64,000 nt of DNA from Candidatus Poriferihabitaceae bacterium (GCA_965261915.1 CBDHDW010000013.1:551663-615662), one strand, 5' to 3'; positions 1 to 8,124 are shown, counted from the first letter of the stretch. The notes: generated by a model from the letters alone, not told the origin. A program made the numbers and translations.

Positions 1-65
1 CAACCAGAATGTTTGAAAATATCAATACGCCAGAGGAACTGACCGCCTTATCAGGGGGGAATTGA
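1..65 (+). CDS. C-terminal end of a MobA-like (molybdenum cofactor guanylyltransferase) gene; the 5' part lies left of the window
   Basis: Frame +3 reads ..TRMFENINTPEELTALSGGN* with TGA at 63..65. The duplicated copy at 4188..4331 extends it to EYLGSGERKIDKWYFKHQVETVVFEESTRMFENINTPEEL. The F-x-N-[IV]-N-T-P-E-[DE]-L tail matches my recollection of MobA C-termini. Recognition rests on a short tail only. Confidence 0.3.
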   Translation, partial: TRMFENINTPEELTALSGGN

Positions 66-130
66 GTGACAAGTCCCCCCTGACAAGGGGGATTTAGGGG
101 GTTGGGTTTTCCACAGTCTCTGAAGTCCCG
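1..130. repeat. Left copy of the long target-site duplication of the outer IS1634-family element (cut by the window edge)
   Basis: 1..130 is identical by eye to 4267..4396 and ends exactly at the IS terminus CCTGACTTCGACGG (131). Confidence 0.8.
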
Positions 131-229
131 CCTGACTTCGACGGTTCACACTCATAACTCATTGATTTATAAGGAAACACAAAAATACCTAGGCACTACA
201 AATGCCCAGATATTGAAGAATTATGTCAA

Positions 230-727
230 TTAGTACAGTGGGTAAGCTGTGGTAATCGCTTTTAATCCCATCACAGCATAGATTTTTTTTGCCTCTGGAT
301 TGATTTGAGAAGGCATGACATAACGCTGTTTGGTGCGCTTGTGTTTGAACACGCTGTGTTGCACATGAATCAAGGCATTACGGATAACAGCAGGGGATAA
401 GGCTTTATGTTGTAGCTTGATTCGATACATTAGCTGTCTGATGCAGGCAAAAGCCATGAACGAAATGGCGATGTGGGCACGCACTCTTGAGGGTGTCCAG
501 TGATAGATGGGGCGTACTTTCAAGTCGTGCTTAGTGATGCGGAAACTCTCCTCAACCTGCCATAAGCCGCGATAGTGTGATAGCACTTCCTGGTGCGGCG
601 TATCGGGCAAATTGGTAATCACCCCATGCAAGCCGTCCCAGCGGCTTTCGGCATCAATTTTATCCTGGTTGATACTCAGGCTGGTTTTTCCTTTGATAAT
701 CAGAAACTTTTTATAGCCGTAGTTATT
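230..727 (-). pseudogene. C-terminal part of the outer copy's IS1634-family transposase, separated from its N-terminal part by the nested IS
   Basis: The translation NNYGYKKFLIIKGK...AITTAYPLY matches the C-terminus of the intact 552/555-aa transposases. The ORF-track start at 745 lies inside the terminus of the nested IS. Confidence 0.85.
474..727. repeat. 254-bp target-site duplication (left copy) made by the nested IS1634-family insertion
   Basis: 474..727 is identical by eye to 2621..2874. Both copies abut the termini of the element at 728..2620. Confidence 0.85.
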
Positions 728-2620
728 CCTGACTTCGACGGTCAACCCTCATAAGTCATTGATTTATAAAGAAACACAAAAATATCTAGGCACTACAAAT
801 GCCCAGATATTTAAGAATTATATCAATCAGTACAGTGGGTAAGCTGTGGTGGTCGCTTTTAATCCCATCACAGCATAGATTTTTTTTGCTTCTGGATTGA
901 TTTGAGAAGGCATGACATAACGCTGTTTGGTGCGCTTGTGTTTGAACACGCTGTGTTGCACATGAATCAAGGCATTACGGATAACAGCAGGGGATAAGGC
1001 CTTGTGTTGTAGCTTGATTCGATACATTATCTGTCTGATGCAGGCAAAAGCCATGAACGAAATGGCAATGTGGGCACGCACTCTTGAGGGTGTCCAGTGG
1101 TAGATAGGGCGTACTTTTAAGTCGTGTTTAGTGATGCGGAAACTTTCTTCAACCTGCCATAAGCCGCGATAGTGTGATAGCACTTCCTGGTGCGGCGTAT
1201 CGGGCAAATTGGTGATGACGCCATGCAGTCCGTCCCAGCGGCTTTCGGCATCAATTTTATCTTGGTTGATACTCAGGCTGGTTTTTCCCTTGATAATCAG
1301 AAACTTTTTATAGCCGTAGTTATTTAATAAGTCCTTGGGGTTCTGGCTTTTACCGATTTTCTTGATGAGCCGATCGACTGCCTTTTGTCGGTCATGTTGA
1401 TCTTTATCCGCACGCTTTGGACAATGTGAGACAATGAGTCGTCTCTTCTTGTGTGTCAGCTCGGCTGCGCTTGATCCGTCTTTGCCAAGCGGCTGATAAG
1501 CCGACTTATCCAATACCCTGGTTTGTAGTGCAGCGGGCAATTGTTTTAGTTTCGCCCCGACGATGTAATAAGCACCCGCCTCATCCAGGGCGCTTAGATT
1601 GTCTTCATTCAGCATGCCTCGATCAGCGACAAAGATCATTTTCCGGACATCATAGCGCGCTTGCATCGTCTGCAAAACGCTGATTAGGCTATGACCCTCG
1701 AAAGTAGCACCAGGGAACACTTCGTAGCCGACCGGCAGACCTTCGCGGGTGACCAGCAAAGCCAGCAATACCTGGGGCTGATTAAATTTACAGTCCTTGC
1801 TGTAGCCATTTTGTTTTAATTCGTCTTCCTTGAAAGACTCAAAATAGAGCGTCGTACAGTCAAAAAACAACACATCCAACGCACCAGATAACAAGGATCG
1901 CGTGCCTTCACAGGTCATCGCTTGCAGCCGGCTGATGGTGTTATCGTCCAGCTGATCCATCATCCGATAAACTTTCTCTAAGGACAAAGAAACGCCAAAG
2001 TCCTGCTCCAGCTGCTGCACACTGCCGCGCTTACTTTTAGGATTGGCAATGCGTGCCATCACACAATGGAACAGGGCTTCTGTGGAGGCACGATACTTCT
2101 TTTGCGGCAACAGGGTATCGAACGACAACTGGCGATAGACCGCGCCATACACCTCATGAATGCCCAGCACCACCCGTTGTTCTTCCACCATCTGCCTCAG
2201 GTCAACATTCAAGGTGGCTTTGGACGATTGAGCTTTTGCTGCTTTCGCCTCAAGCATCTGTTTGGCGACCGTCTCAGGCGGAAACAGGCTGGGCTGATGC
2301 TGGGCTTCAATCTTCGCCTTGACAACCTCGGCCAAAGCCTTCAACTGCGCCAACTCCTCGTCATCCATGGCAATGCCGACATAACGCACAATCTTTTGCT
2401 TGACCTTATCGCCGACGCGCACGGATGAAACAATCTGAACCGATTGTCTTGGGCTATTGGGTGTCGATTTAACGCGAACGAACATGGGGTGAGTTTACAC
2501 TGTGCTATTGCCGAAATCAACACAAATATTAAGATAGGCACTACAAACCAGTTTCTCTACCACCCCCGCGTGTTTATTGGGCTGTGGGCGATCTGCGTGG
2601 GGTGGACCGTCGAAGTCAGG
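728..2620 (-). mobile_element. IS1634-family insertion sequence, intact nested copy (1893 bp)
   Basis: Inverted termini are CCTGACTTCGACGG / CCGTCGAAGTCAGG. It holds a single 552-aa transposase ORF and is flanked by the 254-bp direct repeat. Confidence 0.9.
827..2485 (-). CDS. IS1634-family (IS4-related) DDE transposase
   Basis: 552-aa ORF starting MFVRVKSTPNSPRQSVQIVSS.... Size and N-terminus are typical of IS1634-family transposases. Four paralogous copies occur in the window, and the long TSDs fit this family. Confidence 0.85.
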   Translation of the reverse strand: MFVRVKSTPNSPRQSVQIVSSVRVGDKVKQKIVRYVGIAMDDEELAQLKALAEVVKAKIEAQHQPSLFPPETVAKQMLEAKAAKAQSSKATLNVDLRQMVEEQRVVLGIHEVYGAVYRQLSFDTLLPQKKYRASTEALFHCVMARIANPKSKRGSVQQLEQDFGVSLSLEKVYRMMDQLDDNTISRLQAMTCEGTRSLLSGALDVLFFDCTTLYFESFKEDELKQNGYSKDCKFNQPQVLLALLVTREGLPVGYEVFPGATFEGHSLISVLQTMQARYDVRKMIFVADRGMLNEDNLSALDEAGAYYIVGAKLKQLPAALQTRVLDKSAYQPLGKDGSSAAELTHKKRRLIVSHCPKRADKDQHDRQKAVDRLIKKIGKSQNPKDLLNNYGYKKFLIIKGKTSLSINQDKIDAESRWDGLHGVITNLPDTPHQEVLSHYRGLWQVEESFRITKHDLKVRPIYHWTPSRVRAHIAISFMAFACIRQIMYRIKLQHKALSPAVIRNALIHVQHSVFKHKRTKQRYVMPSQINPEAKKIYAVMGLKATTTAYPLY

Positions 2621-2874
2621 TGGGCACGCACTCTTGAGGGTGTCCAGTGATAGATGGGGCGTACTTTCAAGTCGTGCTTAGTGATGCGGAAACTCTCCTC
2701 AACCTGCCATAAGCCGCGATAGTGTGATAGCACTTCCTGGTGCGGCGTATCGGGCAAATTGGTAATCACCCCATGCAAGCCGTCCCAGCGGCTTTCGGCA
2801 TCAATTTTATCCTGGTTGATACTCAGGCTGGTTTTTCCTTTGATAATCAGAAACTTTTTATAGCCGTAGTTATT
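2621..2874. repeat. 254-bp target-site duplication (right copy) of the nested IS1634-family insertion
   Basis: Identical to 474..727. Confidence 0.85.
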
Positions 2875-4050
2875 TAATAAGTCCTTGGGATTCTGGCTTT
2901 TACCTATTTTCTTGATGAGCCGATCGACCGCCTTTTGTCGGTCATGTTGATCTTTATCCGCACGCTTTAGACAATGCGAGACAATGAGCCGTCTCTTCTT
3001 GTGCGTCAGCTCGGCTGCGCTTGATGCGCCTTTGCCATCTGCCTGATAAGCTGATTTATCCAATACTTTGGTTTGTAATGCAGCGGGCAATTGTTTTAGT
3101 TTCGCTCCGACAATGTAATAAGCGCCCGCCTCATCCAGGGCGCTTAGATTGTCTTCATTCAACATGCCCCTATCAGCGACAAAGATCATTTTCCGGACAT
3201 CATAGCGCGCTTGCATCGTCTTCAAAACGCTGATTAGGCTATGGCCCTCAAAAGTAGCACCGGGGAACACTTCGTAGCCGACCGGCAGACCCTCGCGGGT
3301 GACCAGCAAAGCCAGCAATACTTGCGGCTGATTGACCTGTGTCTGATTAACTTGACAGTCCTTGCTGTAGCCATTTTGTTTTAATTCGTCTTCCTTGAAA
3401 GACTCAAAATACAGTGTCGTACAGTCAAAAAACAACACATCCAACGCACCAGGTAACAAGGATCGCGTGCCTTCACAGGTCATCGCTTGTAGCCGACTGA
3501 TGGTGTTATCGTCCAGCTGATCCATCATCCGATAAACTTTCTCTAAGGACAAAGAAACGCCAAAGTCCTGCTCCAGCTGCTGCACACTGCCGCGCTTACT
3601 TTTAGGATTGGCAATGCGTGCCATCACACAATGAAACAGTGCTTCTGTGGAGGCACGATACTTCTTTTGCGGCAACAGGGTATCGAACGACAACTGGCGA
3701 TAGACCGCGCCATACACCTCATGGATGCCCAGCACCACCCGTTGTTCTTCCACCATCTGCCTCAGATCAACATTCAAGGTGGCTTTGGAAGCTTGGGCTT
3801 GGGCTGCTTTCGCTTCAATAACTTGTTTGGCGACCGCCTCAGGCGGGAACAGGCTGGGCTGATGCTGGGCTTCAAGCTTCGCCTTGACGACTTCGGCCAG
3901 CTCTTTCAATCGCACTAACTCATCGTCATCCATGGCAATGCCGATATAACGGACAATCTTTTGCTTGACCTTATCGCCGACACGCACAGATGAAACAATC
4001 TGAACCGATTGTCTTGGGCTATTGGGTGTAGATTTAACGCGAACAAACAT
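2621..4050 (-). pseudogene. N-terminal ~3/4 of the outer copy's IS1634-family transposase (gene interrupted at 2620/2621)
   Basis: The ORF 2557..4050 is collinear with the intact transposases until it runs into the terminus of the nested IS, which supplies an aberrant tail (..RAHLTSTVHPTQIAHSPINTRGW). Confidence 0.85.
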
Positions 4051-4185
4051 GGGGTGAGCTTACACCATGCTATCGCCGAAGCCAACACAAATATTTAGAT
4101 AGGCACTACAAATCGATCTCAACAGAAGACCCCCGTATTGACTGGGCTGTAGGCGATCTGCGTGGGGTGGACCGTCGAAGTCAGG

Positions 4186-4396
4186 AAGAATACCTCGGGT
4201 CGGGCGAACGAAAAATTGATAAATGGTATTTCAAACACCAGGTTGAAACGGTCGTATTTGAAGAATCAACCAGAATGTTTGAAAATATCAATACGCCAGA
4301 GGAACTGACCGCCTTATCAGGGGGGAATTGAGTGACAAGTCCCCCCTGACAAGGGGGATTTAGGGGGTTGGGTTTTCCACAGTCTCTGAAGTCCCG
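4186..4396. repeat. Right copy of the target duplication of the outer IS1634-family element (>=130 bp demonstrable, probably 211 bp)
   Basis: 4267..4396 equals 1..130. 4186..4266 continues the same mobA-like reading frame, so the duplicated segment probably begins at 4186 and its left copy extends beyond the window. Confidence 0.7.
4319..4377 (+). terminator. G/C-tract hairpin cluster with a T-run overlapping the mobA-like stop codon; candidate intrinsic terminator
   Basis: CAGGGGGGA (4319..4327) pairs with TCCCCCCTG (4340..4348). Alternatively CCCCCT (4342..4347) pairs with AGGGGG (4352..4357), followed by ..GGGGGTTGGGTTTT. The same sequence occurs at 53..111. Confidence 0.35.
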
Positions 4397-4516
4397 CTTC
4401 CGATTCCATTCACACGCAAGTAAGCCAGAAGTACGACTTTAGCCGCGCCAATCCTCTTGTCTATCTTGTCCATCATGTCAATGCTTTTCGACGGTCATCG
4501 GACAATGGACGGTGTA

Positions 4517-4530
4517 AATTGATAATTGAA
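4517..4530. repeat. Heptanucleotide array AATTGA(T/A), 2 copies
   Basis: aattgat aattgaa, followed by the degenerate aatggtg. Homologous position to 5563..5590. Confidence 0.7.
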
Positions 4531-4729
4531 AATGGTGGTTAGGTTTTGAAAGGAGAAGTCCCCGAAGCGTGGGTTGGTATCGCCTGTGGACACGATAACC
4601 ATAGCGTTGACCGAATTTGCAACCATGCGAATTAGCATGCTAAACAGCATCCTAATTGAGCAACACCCAGCGAGTCAGAATACACTTCGTATCACGGACG
4701 AAAAATGATTGTGTGTCCATGTTTATTTG

Positions 4730-5206
4730 TTAGCGGAGGAAAAAACTGAACAGTGCAACCATCACCCCTACGCTACCCATTGTTAAGCCAACCATCCACT
4801 TGATTAGGTGTGCTTCGGTGTTGGCAATTTTTGCGTTAGTGTTGGCAATCTCTGCGTGAGTTTTGGCAATGTCTGCTTTAAGTGCGGCCTCGGTGTTGGC
4901 AATGTCTACTTTGGTGTTGGCAATTTCTACTTTAAGTGCGGCCTCGGTGTTGGCAATTTTTGCGTTAGTTTTGGCAATTTCTGCTTTAAGTATGGCCTCG
5001 GTGTTGGCAATGTCTGCCCTAGTTTTGGCAATGTCCGCTTTAAGTGTGGCCTCGGTGTTGGCTAATTCGTTTTTGGTGGCGAGGTTGGCGTTGAGTAGAT
5101 CAGCTTGAGATTCGGCAAGTGCTTCGGCTTGTTGTACAGGCATACCGACCGCCGTCATACGTTTGACGAAATGGCGTGTATCAAAGGCGAGAGCATTAGA
5201 AGCCAT
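4730..5206 (-). CDS. DUF1640-like tail-anchored coiled-coil protein, paralogue 1 (158 aa)
   Basis: The N-terminus is FDTRHFVKRMTAVGMPVQQAEALAE. The central rod is built of 11-residue ([DEK]IANTEAxLKA) and 7-residue ([DE]IAKTxA) modules. The C-terminus is a hydrophobic helix, WMVGLTMGSVGVMVALFSFFL. This fits my recollection of the DUF1640/CCDC90-like family. Confidence 0.7.
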   Translation of the reverse strand: MASNALAFDTRHFVKRMTAVGMPVQQAEALAESQADLLNANLATKNELANTEATLKADIAKTRADIANTEAILKAEIAKTNAKIANTEAALKVEIANTKVDIANTEAALKADIAKTHAEIANTNAKIANTEAHLIKWMVGLTMGSVGVMVALFSFFLR

Positions 5207-5263
5207 GCTTTGACTTTAATACAGACGCTGTTGTTTGTCCACTCTCTGGCAATTGACGCGGGT

Positions 5264-5284
5264 AATTGATAATTGATAATTGAG
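5264..5284. repeat. Heptanucleotide array AATTGA(T/G), 3 copies, ~60-80 bp upstream of paralogue 1
   Basis: aattgat aattgat aattgag, with an isolated aattgac at 5251..5257. Confidence 0.7.
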
Positions 5285-5373
5285 AATGACGGCAAGGTTT
5301 TGATAAGAATATTGATTTTACTGGATTCCTGCTTTCGAGACTTTGCAAAAAACCAATATTCGTCGTTCCTAAC

Positions 5374-5407
5374 CCCCCTAGTCCCCCTAACAAGGGGGAC
5401 TAGGGGG
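5374..5407. repeat. Perfect 15-bp-stem G/C hairpin (loop AACA) followed by TTGGGTTTT
   Basis: CCCCCTAGTCCCCCT aaca AGGGGGACTAGGGGG. Homologous to the less perfect hairpin at 4341..4367. A left arm only is found at 6410..6427. Confidence 0.85.
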
Positions 5408-5562
5408 TTGGGTTTTCCGCAGTCTCTGAAGTTCCGTTTCCGATTCCATTCACACGCAAGTAAGCCAGAAGTGCGACTTTAGCCGCGCCAATCCTCCTGT
5501 CTATCCTGTTCATCCATGTGAATGCTTTTCGATAAATACTCTTCGGCGGACAATGGACGGTG

Positions 5563-5590
5563 AATTGATAATTGATAATTGATAATTGAA
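5563..5590. repeat. Heptanucleotide array AATTGA(T/A), 4 copies
   Basis: aattgat x3 + aattgaa, followed by aatggtg. Confidence 0.7.
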
Positions 5591-5763
5591 AATGGTGGTT
5601 AGGTTTTGAAAGGAGAAGTCTCCAAAGTGTGGGTTGGTATCGCCCATGGACACGATAACCATGCTAAATAGCATCCTAATTGAGCAACACCCAACGAGTC
5701 AGAATCACTTCGTATCACGGACGAAAAATGATTGTGTGTCCATGATTATTTGATGATTATTTG

Positions 5764-6252
5764 TTAGCGGAGGAAAAAACTGAACAGTGCAACCATCACC
5801 CCTACGCTACCCATTGTTAAGCCAACCATCCACTTGATTAGGTGCGCTTCGGTGTTGGCAATTTTTGCGTTAGTGTTGGCAATTTCTGCGTGAGTTTTGG
5901 CAATTTCTGCTTTAAGCGCGGACTCGGTGTTGGCAATTTCTACTTTGGTGTTGGCAATTTCTACTTTTAGTACGGACTCGGTGTTGGCAATGTCTGCTTT
6001 AAGTGCGGACTCGATTTTAGCAATTTCTACGTTAGTTTTGGCAATTTCTGCTCTAAGTACGGCCTCGGTATTGGCAATGTCCGCTTTAAGTGTGGCCTCG
6101 GTGTTGGCTAATTCGTTTTTGGTGGCGAGGTTGGCGTTGAGTAAATCAGCTTGAGATTCGGCAAGTGCTTCCGCTTGTTGTACAGGCATACCGACCGCCG
6201 TCATAAGTTTGACGAAATGGTGTGTATCAAAGGCGAGAGCATTAGAAGCCAT
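5764..6252 (-). CDS. DUF1640-like tail-anchored coiled-coil protein, paralogue 2 (162 aa)
   Basis: Same N- and C-terminal segments as 4730..5206, but a different order of 11- and 7-residue modules. Confidence 0.7.
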   Translation of the reverse strand: MASNALAFDTHHFVKLMTAVGMPVQQAEALAESQADLLNANLATKNELANTEATLKADIANTEAVLRAEIAKTNVEIAKIESALKADIANTESVLKVEIANTKVEIANTESALKAEIAKTHAEIANTNAKIANTEAHLIKWMVGLTMGSVGVMVALFSFFLR

Positions 6253-6309
6253 ACTTGGACTTTAATACAGACGCTGTTGTTTGTCCACTCTCTGGCAATT
6301 GACGCTGAC

Positions 6310-6323
6310 AATTGAAAATTGAA
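6310..6323. repeat. Heptanucleotide array AATTGAA, 2 copies, upstream of paralogue 2
   Basis: aattgaa aattgaa, with an isolated aattgac at 6297..6303. Homologous position to 5264..5284. Confidence 0.7.
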
Positions 6324-6558
6324 AATGACGGCTAGGTTTTGATAAGAATATTGATTTTACTGGATTCCTGCTTTCGAGACTTTGCAAAAAACCAATATTC
6401 GTCGTTCCTAACCCCCCTAGCCCCCCTCGTATGATCCCAATCAGGTAAATTATCAGACTAACTTCATCGAAATTTATATCGATTAAAACAACCTCTCACG
6501 CGGGATGCTTAACCACCGCAGCCCATGACCCCGTCACAGCAACAAATCTACTCTAAAT

Positions 6559-8082
6559 GTAACTGCCCAGGTACCCTAAGGAATAATTCTCTTGCCTGAG
6601 GAATCCAAGTGTGATTCATTAAGATTATGATTTTTTCAAACGCCCCCAAAGGTTATGTTTCCGTTGAGGCTTATGAAGAGCTGAAGCAGAAGAATGCACA
6701 AACGATAGCCCTGCTTGTGGCTCGCATTGAAGACCTTGAGCGTCGCCTCAGCTTGAACAGCAGCAACAGTAGCAAGCCGCCTTCAAGCGACGGCCTAAAG
6801 AAGCCCAAGGCTGAACCCAGAACCAAAAGTCTGCGGAGAAAATCCGGTAAAAAGTCAGGCGGGCAGAAAGGCCACAAGGGAAGCACCCTGTGCCAAACGG
6901 CAGATCCCGATCATGTTGAAGATCACTTTCCTTCTGTCTGCGGGCAATGTGGCACACCGCTGTCGCCATCAATGGCAGAGGATTACGCCGCACGACAGGT
7001 GTTTGACCTGCCCGAGCCACAACCCCTGGTGACAACGGAACACAGGGCACATGTCTGCCTTTGCGGCCACTGTGGGGAAACAACCAGGGCGGCGTTTCCT
7101 CTGGAAGTAAAGGCACCCGTGCAGTACGGGCCACGCATCGCCGGAGTGGCAACATATCTCCAATGCGCCCATTTCCTGCCGGAAGACAGACTGGCGCAAA
7201 TAATGGCCGATTTGTTCAATGCCCCTTTGGTTCCTGCCACTGTGGCCGCCATGAACCGCAAAGCATCAGAGCGGCTCAAGGGGGTTGCTTCTCACCTGCA
7301 GGATGTGATCGCCCAACAGGTCCACGTCAAACATCTTGACGAGACGGGTTTCCGGATTACGGGGTGCCTGCAATGGCTTCACGTTGCCTGTACACCGCTT
7401 CTGGCTTTCTACCGGGTCAGCAGCAAACGCGGTAATCTGTTATCCAATCTCACGGGCTGTATCGTGCATGATCATTGGCAGCCCTACTTCACGCTGGATG
7501 GTGTTACCCATGCGTTGTGCAATGCACACCATTTACGGGAACTGCAAGCGTTGGTCGAAATCGAACAGGAAGATTGGGCTGGTCAGATGCAAAGGCTACT
7601 GCGGCGTGCGCACCATGTCACACAGGCCGCGCGGGATAAGGGCGTGGCGGTTTCAACGCCGCTTGTTGCGCTTATCAATCGGCGATACGACAGGATCATC
7701 ACCGCAGCATTGGGTTTCCATGAGGAATTGCCTCCACTCGTGCCGCCAAAACCCGGAAGACGGGGGCGCAAGAAGCGACGGACAGGACATAATCTGGCTT
7801 TACGATTGCGCGATCACAAGGAAGGCACCCTGCGCTTTCTGACAGATCCCGACGTACCCTTCACAAACAACGAAGCTGAACGCGACCTGCGGATGATGAA
7901 ACTACGTCAGAAAATATCGGGCGGGTTCAGGTCTGAACAAGGGGCAGAGGATTTTGCGACCCTGCGCAGCGTCATCACAACGGCCAGAAAACAAGGATGG
8001 AACATCATCGAAACACTGATGATGCCTGCCGATCAGATTATCGCAACACTGAAATACGCTTAAAAACAACCTGGGCAGTTAC
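6559..8082 (+). mobile_element. IS66-family insertion sequence, single-ORF type (type 1), copy 1 (1524 bp)
   Basis: Inverted termini are GTAACTGCCCAGGT.. / ..ACCTGGGCAGTTAC. A perfect 8-bp direct repeat CTCTAAAT flanks it (6551..6558 and 8083..8090). There are no tnpA/tnpB-like ORFs. Confidence 0.9.
6627..8063 (+). CDS. IS66-family transposase (TnpC-like)
   Basis: 478 aa with an N-terminal coiled-coil/leucine-zipper-like region, Cys pairs (CGQCG..CGHCG), DETG, HDHW..CNAHHLR and PFTNNEAERDLRMMK..SGGFRS, all typical of IS66 TnpC. Confidence 0.9.
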   Translation: MIFSNAPKGYVSVEAYEELKQKNAQTIALLVARIEDLERRLSLNSSNSSKPPSSDGLKKPKAEPRTKSLRRKSGKKSGGQKGHKGSTLCQTADPDHVEDHFPSVCGQCGTPLSPSMAEDYAARQVFDLPEPQPLVTTEHRAHVCLCGHCGETTRAAFPLEVKAPVQYGPRIAGVATYLQCAHFLPEDRLAQIMADLFNAPLVPATVAAMNRKASERLKGVASHLQDVIAQQVHVKHLDETGFRITGCLQWLHVACTPLLAFYRVSSKRGNLLSNLTGCIVHDHWQPYFTLDGVTHALCNAHHLRELQALVEIEQEDWAGQMQRLLRRAHHVTQAARDKGVAVSTPLVALINRRYDRIITAALGFHEELPPLVPPKPGRRGRKKRRTGHNLALRLRDHKEGTLRFLTDPDVPFTNNEAERDLRMMKLRQKISGGFRSEQGAEDFATLRSVITTARKQGWNIIETLMMPADQIIATLKYA

Positions 8083-8124
8083 CTCTAAATACGCTAATGA
8101 CACGATCTGATTGTTTCTGGCTGA

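Larger units (their letters stand above)
131..4185 (-). mobile_element. IS1634-family insertion sequence, outer (older) copy, split by a nested second copy
   Basis: Termini are CCTGACTTCGACGG (131..) and CCGTCGAAGTCAGG (..4185). After removing the nested copy and one TSD copy, about 1.9 kb remains, the same size as the other copies. Confidence 0.85.
4340..6427. repeat. Tandem duplication of a ~1.04-kb unit: two full units plus a truncated start of a third
   Basis: Each unit is hairpin, ~330-bp non-coding stretch, DUF1640-like gene, ~170-bp upstream region. Unit 1 is ~4340..5373 and unit 2 is ~5374..6409. A third copy of the left hairpin arm at 6410..6427 then breaks off. Confidence 0.8.

Noticed and set aside
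474-2874. The 254-bp duplication as an assembly artefact, or as the product of homologous recombination between two IS copies
   Set aside because: Both repeat copies end exactly at the inverted termini of a complete IS. The same junction geometry is seen at three other copies with different lengths, which fits the long-TSD behaviour known for IS1634. An assembly artefact still cannot be excluded without reads.
1453-3918. Antisense ORFs inside the IS1634-family transposase genes (1453..1683, 2053..2428, 3021..3233, 3618..3918, and equivalents in copies D and E)
   Set aside because: They are fully embedded antisense to a well-supported transposase ORF and have no recognisable motifs.
4800-5110. 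Regular short repeats (also 5830..6160) that could be mistaken for a CRISPR-like or satellite array, plus plus-strand ORFs 4808..5065, 4863..5108 and 5897..6154
   Set aside because: The periodicity (~54 bp, built of 33- and 21-bp sub-units) lies in frame inside the minus-strand DUF1640-like genes and encodes the 11/7-residue coiled-coil modules. There are no unique spacers. The plus-strand ORFs are low-complexity antisense read-throughs of the same repeats.
5196-5482. Short ORFs 5196..5393 (minus) and 5273..5482 (plus) between the two DUF1640-like genes
   Set aside because: They run through the heptamer array and the G/C hairpin, are not conserved in frame in the second repeat unit, and have no start context.
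6671-7842. Multiple long ORFs on both strands inside the IS66 copies (e.g. 6748..7155, 7336..7842, and their equivalents at 17172..18343 and 37644..38815)
   Set aside because: They overlap the 478-aa transposase frame completely, recur only because the IS is repeated, have Arg/Cys/Ser-rich low-complexity translations, and are explained by the higher GC content of the element.
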